DNA of 64,000 nt from Schmidtea polychroa (taxonomy: Eukaryota), in the NCBI GenBank assembly GCA_044892525.1, contig CM097885.1, positions 40,302,001 to 40,366,000 of the forward strand, read 5' to 3'. Shown one piece after another: positions 1 through 10,035 of this stretch. A program made the position numbers and the translations under genes. Every line of letters begins with the position of its first letter. Positions within the stretch are counted from its first letter, which is position 1. A model generated the notes under the pieces. That model had not been told where the DNA came from. It did not search any database and worked only from the letters and a program-made list of their open reading frames with translations.

Positions 1-1957
1 GAGATGATGTACGAGCCCTCATTAGCTTCCAATACTCTGTAATCGGGGAAATTGGATACGGATACTTCATGGATTGGGCCTCCGTCGTATTCCTTGATAC
101 GCGGTTTCCATTTGCTGTCGGGTCTTTGCCACCAAATAGGATCTTCTCTGTCGAGATCTTCCCGTATTTTGATTGAGTTGCCCCTTCCGACGAACTCGCC
201 TTCCTTCACGATAATAGGCTCTCCTGAAATCATGGGTTCACTCTTTGTTGCCAATATCTTGGTCAATGCAGGATCTGGTGGCTGATAGTGGGTTTCTAAG
301 AGATCGTCATCCTCATCCTGGATGGATATCCTAGGCATTTTCTTTTTTGTACTCTTAGGAATCTCCTTTTTCCTTTTCGTAGAGGTAGGGACATTTTTCT
401 CCTTGTCCTCTTTCTGGGTGGGTTTCTCTGATGTTTTCTTTTTAAATTTTAAATCTTGTAGCTTAAGTAGTGGAGTAATGTTCCTTCTTCTGCTCCTTGT
501 TTGGGTTCACTCAACGGGGCCAATGCTTTTAAGATCTTGGTGACCCGTTCCACTAGCTTTGCTGCTGGCGGTGATTTTTCTGTTTCCATTTTAGCCGAAT
601 TCACCATTCTACCGTCATTGGTAAGGGTGACTTGGAGGCAGTTATCGTCTGCACTCTCGCAAGTGACATAGTCGTCTTCATCAGCAATTGAGATGGCTGG
701 CGGCGACAAGGAATCTTCTTCCACTATTTTCAGCAACTTTGACCTGGGGATATCTTCTTTTACATAGCTCTCCATAGCTAAAGGTTTCTGCATGCTTGAG
801 GTTCCGGGTTCCAGCTGCTTTATTTGTGAGGTCACCACCTCTTTCCGGGTATCTGGTGAAATATCATCAACCCAGATATCTCGCAAATTATCGTATATCT
901 CCTTAATGGTTGTTACATCATTCTCCGTTTGAAGGTCCGAGAAGTGATGTGCCTCTTTACCGGTGACTGCTTTTGCCAAATATGCCAAACGGTAATACCC
1001 GTTGCATTTCTTTAAATCCCTATTTTCGAGGCATTTAGCTGCGCCTAACTCACGGATTCCGAGTGCGCGCTGGATTGGGAATCTGATTACTTCTAATAGG
1101 TCCTTTACTAGCAATCCCACGATGATTTTCCCATCGCAGATTTTCCTAATTCTTTCGGCACAGTCTTCTCCGTCGAACTGTCCGGTTATTTCTCTCTCGA
1201 TCATACCATGTGCATGCGATTGATAATGTTTGACCTGCGCTCTGGGGGTAACTCTAGTGTTGAGTATCAGATCGCCATTGAAATGTGAGATTGAGATGGC
1301 CACAATTGCCGGTTTCAGGAATTGTCGTAGTGTAGCGTAGTGAGCTGCTACGAAAATGGTGAGGTTATCCTCTTGTCTAGGGTCCAAGCGCTGTCTTACG
1401 AAAGACTTAAACGTTTTGATGTCGTTATCATTGACATTATATGTCCAATTTGGGTCATTAACCCATCTCGTTTGTGTTTCTCTGTGAGGTTCCAGAATTT
1501 CCATTGCTACGATGGTATCTATTCCTTCACATAACAGTGAGATGTTCTTTTCCCTTCCATCCCCGTTTTCAATTTCCAGGGTTGTATGCTTTTGCAGCAA
1601 AATGGGGTTTGTGGCACCAGGAACATAAACCGTAAATGGTTTGTTAATGGCTTGTAGCCACAAGTGGTTGGTCAGACTATGTCTGCCAAACTCAGGCATG
1701 ACCTCGGTAAGCCTAATACTGCCGTTATGCTTGCCCGTGATTCTTGAAATAATCATTTGACGCTTTGGGGCCTCGTCAAATTTGAAATTATTGGGTATGC
1801 CTGAACAATGTCCGTAAAACCAGTGCCTTTGTCCTTTTCTGCTTTGCTCCATTACCTGCTTCTCCAGGTTTTTATAGATAAGTTTTTCCTTTAGTAAGGT
1901 CGTAGCACGTATAATGCTATGCCTTCCTTGGTATTGGGATATTGGATGGCTTTGCAT
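1..1957 (-). pseudogene. Accessory gene with degenerate DEDDh (REXO4/ISG20-like) exonuclease domain; probably frameshifted near 500 and running off the window start
   Basis: ORF 449..2029 aligns by eye with the exonuclease ORF 62472..63815 (VTPRAQVKHYQSHAHG vs LTPRGRLRHFNSSIHG; GKIIVG vs GKILVGHD; GIRELG vs GIRDLA; IWVDD vs LWEDD), but has FVAAHY in place of FMDAEY. Likely start is ATG 1957 after a ttttatttcag acceptor. A second minus frame is open from ~510 to base 1. Confidence 0.65.
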
Positions 1958-2092
1958 TCCTGAAATAAAAATCATTAACAATAATATCAGATATACTGAT
2001 ATGCCATAATAGGCTAAAAAGATATGCATGAGACTTATAAAATGAGTATTATAAAAGATCTACATATGCTGAATTTTAATGCTACCTGGAGC

Positions 2093-5000
2093 AGCTTATT
2101 TTTGAACTTTCAAAATATTACCTTCTTACCCTCCCATTCTGTTCCTATATATGAAAGAAAAATTCAGGCAAAATATGAACACAATTGAACAATATTTAGG
2201 GGTAGCTCAAGGACAGAGAAGTTTCTGATACTCTTAAGCAGCGGCGGCCCATTTATTTACGGTACTTTACTATAGTAACTGAGAACTAAGTAAATTGAGA
2301 CTTTCTCAGACTCTGATAATCATACAACATTTCAATCCTATTTTTACAATATAAAATTAACACAAATTCTTCATAGTCCAGGCATGATCAGACTTGTTTA
2401 GTATGTTTACTGTGTGGACTGGCTATTGCAGGAGTTTGACAAATGTGTTTATAAATTTAAATTGTAAACAGTTGATAACACTACTATTAAAGTGAGCATT
2501 AAATTGCTGGTAGGCCACTGAAGTGAAGCAAGCCTTCCTGAATCTATAGCTGCTGGTAAGTTAGTTGAATGTTATTTGAATATTGAATATTATTTTCAAT
2601 GTTTAAGTGTGAATAGTAATTAAATGAAGATATAGATTAGTTAGATAAGTAAATGTGAATTTTTTAATACAATTATTCAAATTAACATATCAATCCATGA
2701 TTCCAAAGTCAATGCTATTTTTATAATATTCATTTCAGATTCATTTCTGTAAGAAAATGCCATCAGTTGCAAAAGCAACACGATCTCAAACTGAGTTGTA
2801 TCTTCTTGGCGATTCCGTGACTCAGTTACGTGGCAACAAGCTGCCATCTTTACGTATGGCTCTTGGACTCTTCCTACATCACCATCTGGAACTGAAAGAG
2901 ACAATAAGACAATCATCGGCTGTTACCATTACAGAAGTATCGAAGTTTTGGCAGAAAGCGAGGATCCCGATGAGAGATCATCAAAACTGCCAAACCAAGG
3001 TTGAGCAAGCATTTGAAGAATGGCGTCTTCTGAAAAAGAACAAGGCACGATTATCAGCAACTCAACTAGCGAGATAATCAGCTTTTAGTTCCAAGCTCGA
3101 AGATCTCTTTGATCTTGCTCATGCTGATGCACTGACCAGCCCCTCGGTACTACAGGAAGATAAAAATTTCTTGTTAGCCCAGAGAGAAAAAGGAAGAAGG
3201 GGGTCGATGACTGGTGCAGATGAAAAACTTGCTGCTAAGGAGAAAAGATCATTTGAACGAGATGAGCAAATGCTTGCGAGGCGACAGCGAATGGAGCAAG
3301 TGAAGCAGTTAGCAGCTTCTTCCGCTGAACTGATATCGTCATCTTCTGAAACCAGCTTAGATGGTGGAAACATGAAAAGTGGAGAAAATCTGAGTGATGA
3401 TGCTGCAGGAGGCAGCACATTTCGGACGCCAAAAAGAAAGAGGGGGCGAAAAACTGTTATTACTCCAGAACTTGCAGTAGCTTTAGATAGAACTAAAGTG
3501 TCAGATCGCAAGGCTGTTTTCGTTATTGCAGAAACTGCTAAAAGCCTGGGGCAGAACATCGATGAACTTGCTCTAAACAGAGACTCGATTCGACGACTTA
3601 GGGTAGAACATCGAGTTCAGAGAGCTGCCAACATAAAAGCAAAGTTCTAGGATAATGTACCACTTGTAGTTCATTGGGACGGCAAACTGATTCCTGATCT
3701 GATTGGAAAGGAGAAGGTTGATCGACTGCCGGTTTTGGTTTCTGGAAAAGGAGTATCTCAGCTACTTACAGTTGCTAAGCTTCCATCTGGAACAGGCGAA
3801 GCTCAGGCTGCTGCTGTATATGAAGCCATCAAAGACTGGGGCATAGCCAAGAGTATCCGAGCTATGTGTTTTGACACTACTAGCTCAAACACTGGTCGGA
3901 TTGCTGGTGCTTGTGTACTGTTAGAGCAGAAGCTTCAGAAGGAGTTGTTATCACTGGCATGTAGGCACCACATTATGGAACTGATAATTGGGGCAGTTTT
4001 CCAGGTCTGCATGGGAGCCTCATCCTCCCCAGAAGTTGCACTCTTCAAACGCTTTCAAGAGTTCTGGAGATTTATAGATACGGCTAAGTATGAAGCAGGC
4101 ACTACAGCTGATGACGTAGCAAGTTTACTGGAGGATATAAAGCAAGACACCGTCGATTATGCCAACAAGTATCTTGAACAGAGTCAGCCGAGAGATGACT
4201 ATAAAGAATTCTTGGAACTTGTAATTGTCTTCCTCGGTGCTGCTCCTCCCAGAGGTGTACGGTTCATGGCACCTGGTGCAATGCACCATGCTCGTTGGAT
4301 GTCCAAGGTGATATACAGCCTAAAAATTTGGATGTACAAGGCGCAGTTCAAGCTGACTACTGCAGAAGAGCGAGGGTTGCGTGATGTTTGTGTATTTGCA
4401 GTACGAGTGTACCTGAAAGCTTGGATATCTGCACCTCAAGCAGCAGGTGCTCCATTCAGTGACTTTCTGCTGCTGAAGTCGCTGCTCGAGTACTCATCAA
4501 TACATGCAGCCATTTCAAAGGCAACATCTCGCAAGTTTGCAAATCATTTGTGGTACTTATCTGAGAAACTGGTAGGCTTGGCTTTTTTCGACAGTCGGGT
4601 CAGTTCGTCAACCAAACGATTGATGGTGAGTGCCATACAAAATGATGAAAACCAGGATTCTGATCATTGCAAACGTATCACAGTTGCCCTTGGTTCATTC
4701 AAAGAGAAAAACTTGGAAGATTTTGTCACAGCTAAATCAATGATTCTGCTTCAACAGCTTGAACTGCCAGATGGATTTCTTGCAGTTGACCCAGACTTGT
4801 GGGGAGACAGAGATGATTACAAACAAGCTGCAGAAACAGTTACATCTCTAAAAGTTGTAAATGACCATGCTGAGCGTGGAGTGGCCCTCATTCAGGAATA
4901 CAGTGGATTAATCACCCGTGATGAAACGCAACTTCAATTCTTGCTGCAAGTTGTCCAGGACCATCGCAAAATGTATCCCGACAGCAGTAAAAAGACTCTG

Positions 5001-5316
5001 TCCGCCATCTCTGGGTTTACATAATAACAGTTAATTTCAAGTTTGCTGGACATTTACAGATTGTTTGTGGCAGAAGCTAAAGAAACATTTCACTATTAAT
5101 GTCTATATGTGTAACACTGAAGTTTGCAAAAAAATAAAATAGAATCAGAATTTGTTGAATTTACAAAAATTTTATCATATTTCAAGCACTTGAGCTACCT
5201 CTAAACATAAAACTTTATTGCTTAAACTTTTTATACAGTGTTTCTATACCATAAGGAACAGATTAGGGGGGTAAGACTTTCAAAAAATTTTTTTTTATTT
5301 TTTAAGCTCCACCCTA
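2093..5316 (+). mobile_element. hATm-type cut-and-paste DNA transposon, defective
   Basis: Right end ...aagctccaccctA (TAGGGTGG-type terminus). Imperfect ~120-bp subterminal inverted similarity (tcttaccc..tctgttcct..ggtagctcaa). CTGGAGC flanks both sides (2086-2092, 5317-5323). Left terminal bases are missing. Confidence 0.75.
2757..5024 (+). pseudogene. hATm-type DDE transposase with two in-frame premature stops
   Basis: ORFs 2757, 3171 and 3735 are one frame broken by TAA 3075-3077 and TAG 3648-3650. Motifs HWDGKL, CFDTTSSNTG, LACRHH, HHARWM, LWYLSE, VVNDHAERGV. Confidence 0.85.
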
Positions 5317-5509
5317 CTGGAGCTCTACGTAAATATAGATTTTAAGATATATAAATATTTATATATGATTTTTCCCCCCATGGGAGTCTGTAATTGTCAT
5401 AATTGCGACATCAGTACTCCATGGTAAGCCCTTATGGCTTGTCTGAAATACAGCTTGGTCCAAATACCCATAGCTATCAATGTAGTTATTAGTGATAGTA
5501 CGGCCGATA

Positions 5510-5772
5510 AGTAGTGAGGAATCTATGCACCCCAGCACCCCCACCCTCAAAAAAAATAGCGCTATTGACCCATATTTTCCACATTTATATGCTTTTTTAC
5601 CTCATATTCTTCACTTTTTTTAACTTTTAAACTTTGTCCCCTATTGCCATTAACCCTTAATTTCTTCCCTTAAAAGTAAAAAAGTTCGGAATAGATGTAT
5701 TTATAGATTAGTAATTCCGAGAAAAGGTAACGGGGTGCATAGATTCCTCACTACTTGGTCTTAAGGATTTAA
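5510..5772 (+). repeat. Polinton left terminal inverted repeat
   Basis: Reverse complement of 20408-20671 with few mismatches; starts agtagtgaggaatctatgcacccc. Confidence 0.95.
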
Positions 5773-6193
5773 TGTTATAAGGATTTAATGTTATAAGAAT
5801 ATCAGATTACCTAATTCATAATGATCTAGGTCGCCTGATCACCTTAAGGTTTTGAAAGTTTTAAAAATAAAAAATTTTATGAAAATAGTAAAACTGCTCT
5901 GAGGGGACAGTGGTATTTTTTTTTTTTTTCACTGTCCCCTCAACAGTTTTTTTTTGATCCGGATCTTTTTTTTTTTTTTTATTTATCAACCTCTTTCGTT
6001 TATCAAATCTCTTCCAATATACAAGCTGGCCAGACTCATACATCAGAATCAATCCGATAATAGCAGCACGCCTTATTATTCGCTTCTCGCTCACGAAGTC
6101 GATTTCAACGGCGTTTTAAGTGTGCTGCTCGAAAGTACAAATGAATTCGAAAGCGAATCCGAAAGAGGTCCGAAAACAACTGAGAAATAAATG

Positions 6194-6267
6194 TGCACAT
6201 TACCGGGATCGATCCGGGGGTGTTCGAAAGACAGGTGGCGATAATTACCGGTTCGCCACCATCACCC
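6194..6267 (-). ncRNA. tRNA-like Pol III unit 1 (Glu-like loop CTTTCGA)
   Basis: A-box TGGCGAACCGG (6258-6248); B-box-like GGATCGATCCC (6215-6205) inside CCGG/CCGG stem; GGTGGCGA/TCGCCACC stem around the D-loop region. Confidence 0.5.
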
Positions 6268-6442
6268 GTTTCAATATTTTTTTTTCATATTTATGTTTAA
6301 AAAATAATTAATTAATAAAAAAATAAAATAAAATAAAATAAATAAAATAAAATATACAAGTACTTTATAAATATAAGATACCCACACTATTTTCAATATT
6401 ATTTTCAAATTTTTAATATTATTTTATGTTGAAAAAAAAACT

Positions 6443-6516
6443 AACCTCAGATGTGATTTGAACCACTATCCATTTGAACCACTGTGCCAGTCTATTCCCA
6501 CTGCGCCATCAAGGTT
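6443..6516 (-). ncRNA. tRNA-like Pol III unit 2
   Basis: A-box TGGCGCAGTGG (6508-6498); B-box GGTTCAAATCA (6464-6454); terminal AACCTTG/TGAGGTT stem; T9 run immediately downstream on the minus strand. Confidence 0.6.
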
Positions 6517-6762
6517 TGAATTTTTGTCATTTTTTAGACTATAAATAATCGATTCAAGTTCTTTAACTCTTTCCTGTAATTGTTTCATTTTCTTCAATCT
6601 TATATCAGCAACATCTACAGCCTTCATATAAAAATGTCGATACTTTTCATTATCTACCATCAACTCTTTGATGTATTCTAATGGTTCTTCTTCTCTTCTT
6701 TTCATTCTCTTATGTTTAACTTCATTCAATTCATTTCTCATTCTTTCTTTTAACTCATCCAT
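6466..6762 (-). CDS. Small charged/coiled-coil protein of the Polinton, unknown function
   Basis: 98-aa ORF with TAAAAATG start context like other Polinton genes; its 3' end overlaps tRNA-like unit 2. Confidence 0.55.
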   Translation of the reverse strand: MDELKERMRNELNEVKHKRMKRREEEPLEYIKELMVDNEKYRHFYMKAVDVADIRLKKMKQLQERVKELESIIYSLKNDKNSNLDGAVGIDWHSGSNG

Positions 6763-6927
6763 TTTTATAAATATTTTTTTATTGGATATATTAATTTTTG
6801 GTAGTTAAAACGTTTTTGATCTTAAATTTCCAAGAGTTGCCGTTGACCAATCACCTTAAAAATTTGTAAAAGTACTAAATCGAGTATGCTGATCAATATT
6901 TTGTTTAAAAAAAAATTTGAAAAAAAA

Positions 6928-7002
6928 TTGACCGAAATGGGATTTGAACCCATTGGTATTGGCAATGCAGTCGAGTGCTATTACCACTAAGCTATAATCA
7001 AT
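6928..7002 (-). ncRNA. tRNA-like Pol III unit 3 (resembles tRNA-Cys 5' half; anticodon stem unpaired)
   Basis: TATAGCTTAGTGGTAATAGCACTCGACTGCA; A-box 6994-6984; B-box GGTTCAAATCC 6950-6940; perfect AATGGG/CCCATT T-stem; T-run terminator. Confidence 0.7.
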
Positions 7003-7162
7003 ATAAAATAAGTTGTTAATGTGTGACTATTTATTGATGAAATTAATAATTAATTATTCATTTTCTCGACAACTACCACTCAGATCGATCTGAAAATTTA
7101 AATATATACTAAAATCAGTACGCTGAATCAGATTCCGTTGAAAAAAAAATATCGAAAAAAAT

Positions 7163-7237
7163 TGACCAAAATCGAAAATTGAACCCGGTACTCCCGGTGA
7201 TAAAATTGAAGCCTATTCCCACTCCGCTATAATGGCT
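7163..7237 (-). ncRNA. tRNA-like Pol III unit 4
   Basis: A-box TAGCGGAGTGG (7229-7219); degenerate B-box GGTTCAATTTT (7185-7175); T-run downstream; downstream flank similar to that of unit 3. Confidence 0.55.
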
Positions 7238-7292
7238 TACATAATATATTTAATTAATCCTATTGTGTGTGTGTAAATTTTAATATATAAAA

Positions 7293-8585
7293 ATGAATAA
7301 CATAAATCTTAAAATTCAAGAAAAAAATAAATTAAATCTTGATTATAATAAAGAATTTACTCATGAAATTAAAAAAAATGATATTTTAAAAATCTCTCCA
7401 ACTTCAGGATCTATTGCAAACTTAAATCGTAGGGGTGATATAGTTTTTCAATCTCTTCAAACATCAAACCCTATAGATATTTGTAATGCCAAATTATATT
7501 ATAAAATCGAATTAGAAATTGAAGCAAACAAAGATATAACCCTAGAAAATAATTTCTTTCCAAATTTATTCTCCAACATGAGATTAAAACTAGGATCATC
7601 AGAAATTGAAACTGTTTTGCATCCGGGAGTATATTCTACAATGTTAAATTTTATTTTGACTGGTTGTGATTATAAAAACGAATATGGTGAATTAACAGGT
7701 TGGATTCCTGATGTTAATAAAGGGGATTTAGATAAAGATGGTTTAGATGTAAACCATGGTTACCATAAAAGAGCTGAACTTTATAAATCTAAAAAATTTG
7801 AAGGTTATTTGGAATTAAAACACTTGTTTGGATTCCTTCAAAACTATAATCGTATACTTCATAATGTTTTTATAGAATTCATCTGTAATAGAGTAGAAGG
7901 TGATAAAAGATTGTTCTATGGAGCTGTAGATACAAAAGCTAAATTAAAATTATCAACACTTGAATTACATATACCTGAATGGACATTAAACCCACATTCT
8001 GAGATTAAACTCCTTGAAAGATTAAATTCCAACAAGTCTATAAATGTAAATTATTTAAATAGAATCTGTAGTGAATTTAGTATGACAGAGGGTTCAACAT
8101 ATTCTATAAAGGTAGCAAATTTAGCATACCGACCAAGATATATCTTGATTGGATTCAAAGAAACAGATTCATCTTTCCAAAAAAATAACAACTTGTTTAT
8201 TCAAAAGATTGGAGATGATAATTTAAAAACAATCCAAATTCAATTAAATAGTTCTTATTATCCAATAAATAGAATGGAATTTAATATTGAAAATAATGAA
8301 AACATATTCCCATATCTAAATTATATTGAAACATGTTATGATTTCAAAGTTGAACCGCAATTAGGTTTAGAAGATTTCAAAAATTTATATTCTATATTTT
8401 GTATAAATGTTTCAGACCAAGATGATCGCCTAGCCATAAATAATGTTGATGTTACACTTCATGTAACAAAGGATTCTAATTTTAAAGCTAAAGTATATAC
8501 ATTAATATTAGAAGAAAAGAAAATAGAAATGAAATTATATGGTGGAAAGATTTCAATAATCGAAAATGTTAGGGGAGATTCTTGA
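7293..8585 (+). CDS. Major capsid protein (double jelly-roll)
   Basis: 430 aa; motifs ITLENNFFPNLFSNMRLKLGSSEIE, RPRYILIGF, IQLNSSYYP, YSIFCINVS typical of Polinton/adintovirus MCP. Confidence 0.8.
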   Translation: MNNINLKIQEKNKLNLDYNKEFTHEIKKNDILKISPTSGSIANLNRRGDIVFQSLQTSNPIDICNAKLYYKIELEIEANKDITLENNFFPNLFSNMRLKLGSSEIETVLHPGVYSTMLNFILTGCDYKNEYGELTGWIPDVNKGDLDKDGLDVNHGYHKRAELYKSKKFEGYLELKHLFGFLQNYNRILHNVFIEFICNRVEGDKRLFYGAVDTKAKLKLSTLELHIPEWTLNPHSEIKLLERLNSNKSINVNYLNRICSEFSMTEGSTYSIKVANLAYRPRYILIGFKETDSSFQKNNNLFIQKIGDDNLKTIQIQLNSSYYPINRMEFNIENNENIFPYLNYIETCYDFKVEPQLGLEDFKNLYSIFCINVSDQDDRLAINNVDVTLHVTKDSNFKAKVYTLILEEKKIEMKLYGGKISIIENVRGDS

Positions 8586-8614
8586 TATAATCCCTGATAT
8601 TTTAACATTTTAAA

Positions 8615-10024
8615 ATGTCTTTAAATAAATATTGGAGATGTGAAACTTGTAATTGTCAAGTTACAAGACATCATAAAGCAAGCCATCTTAAAACTAAAAA
8701 ACATACAGGAGGTGATCTAATTCCACGAGCTGGAGGTGATTTGCAATCTTCAAAAGTGGCATCTTCAATATTAAAACCTTTTACTACAGAAAAATATCCA
8801 GGTGAAAGACATTTATTTAAACACAACTATACTGGACCAGGAACACGTCTAGATATTAGATTAGATGAAAATAATAATCCCAAACAAGGAGAAGAACCAA
8901 TAAATAGAATTGATCAAGCAGCTTTAAAACATGACATTGCATACAATTCAACAAATCTTAGAGATAGACATGTTGCAGATGTGAATTTAATACATGATTT
9001 AAATAGTATTCAAAATCCATCAACCCAAGAAAAGATTCAAAGAGCTCTAGTTAAATTAGCAATGAAAGGTAAGATTTTCATAGGCTTAGGACACAGTTCG
9101 ATATTCATGGGTGCAAGACTTCCTAGAATAGCAAAAGATGTTGCTTATAAAAAGATTATCGAACAAGCAGACATTGAAAGATCCCTTGAGAATATATCCA
9201 AGACTAGTTTACAAACCCCAACAGAATCAGAAATAAAATATGCAAAGGAATTACACCATGAATTTAGAAAAAATAAAAAATATTTAAAAGTTCAAGTACA
9301 TGAAAAAGATCAAACATGGTCTGCAGATTTAGTCTTTATGCCCAAATCATCAGACCCTGAAAAATATAAAATAATTTTAACTGTAATAGATTTATATACA
9401 AGATTTGCTTTTGCAAGGTGTTTAGAAAATAAAACAGGATATTCTATTACAGAAGCATTTGAAAATATATTTGAAGAACATCAAAGAATTCCAAAATATT
9501 TATGGAGTGATAAAGGAACAGAATTTTATAACAAAGTTTTTACAAAGTTTTTAAATGAAAATGATATTAAATTATATTCAACAGAAAACGAAGGAAAAGC
9601 AGTCGTAGTTGAAAGATTAAATAGAACATTAAAAAATAAAATGTGGAAATATTTTACTGCTATTGGAAAACAAAAATGGAACAATGAATTGTTACAAAAG
9701 ATTGTAAATGAATATAATAATGATGTACATAGTTCTATAAAATTAACACCTTTAAATGCTTCCATGAAGCCTGAAACCATTAAAGTGGTAAATATTGAAA
9801 ATGATGTTATTGAAAAACCAAAGTTTAAAATTGGTGACCGAGTAAGAATATTTAAATATAAAAATAAATTTGAAAAAGGATTCACAGCAAAATGGACAAA
9901 TGAAATTTTTATTATAAATAAAATACATTATACAACTCCAATAACATATAGCATCTTTGATTTAAATAATGAAAAAATATTAGGTAGATTTTATAATAAT
10001 GAACTACAGAAAACAGATTTTTAA
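8615..10024 (+). CDS. Zinc finger + parvovirus-type phospholipase A2 + retroviral-like (rve) integrase fusion
   Basis: CETC..HKASHLKTKKH; NYTGPGT..NRIDQAALKHDIAY..RHVAD (PLA2); WSADL / SDKGTEF / VERLNRTLK (DDE); KFKIGDRVRI C-terminal domain. Confidence 0.92.
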   Translation: MSLNKYWRCETCNCQVTRHHKASHLKTKKHTGGDLIPRAGGDLQSSKVASSILKPFTTEKYPGERHLFKHNYTGPGTRLDIRLDENNNPKQGEEPINRIDQAALKHDIAYNSTNLRDRHVADVNLIHDLNSIQNPSTQEKIQRALVKLAMKGKIFIGLGHSSIFMGARLPRIAKDVAYKKIIEQADIERSLENISKTSLQTPTESEIKYAKELHHEFRKNKKYLKVQVHEKDQTWSADLVFMPKSSDPEKYKIILTVIDLYTRFAFARCLENKTGYSITEAFENIFEEHQRIPKYLWSDKGTEFYNKVFTKFLNENDIKLYSTENEGKAVVVERLNRTLKNKMWKYFTAIGKQKWNNELLQKIVNEYNNDVHSSIKLTPLNASMKPETIKVVNIENDVIEKPKFKIGDRVRIFKYKNKFEKGFTAKWTNEIFIINKIHYTTPITYSIFDLNNEKILGRFYNNELQKTDF

Positions 10025-10035
10025 GTCGACAAGCC

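Noticed and set aside
1958..2029. N-terminal signal peptide on ORF 449..2029
   Set aside because: The hydrophobic stretch comes from T-rich intron-like sequence ending in a tttcag acceptor; the real start is likely 1957.
6061..6082. miR-16-like sequence TAGCAGCACG in a hairpin arm
   Set aside because: Only ~10 nt match, the loop is too large for a typical pre-miRNA, and that family is not expected in this kind of host; likely chance.
6120..6240. Hammerhead or other ribozyme suggested by repeated CGAAA
   Set aside because: No CTGANGA core with properly paired stems found on either strand.
6194..7237. Functional tRNA genes
   Set aside because: Anticodon and acceptor stems are incomplete, so they are reported as tRNA-like only.
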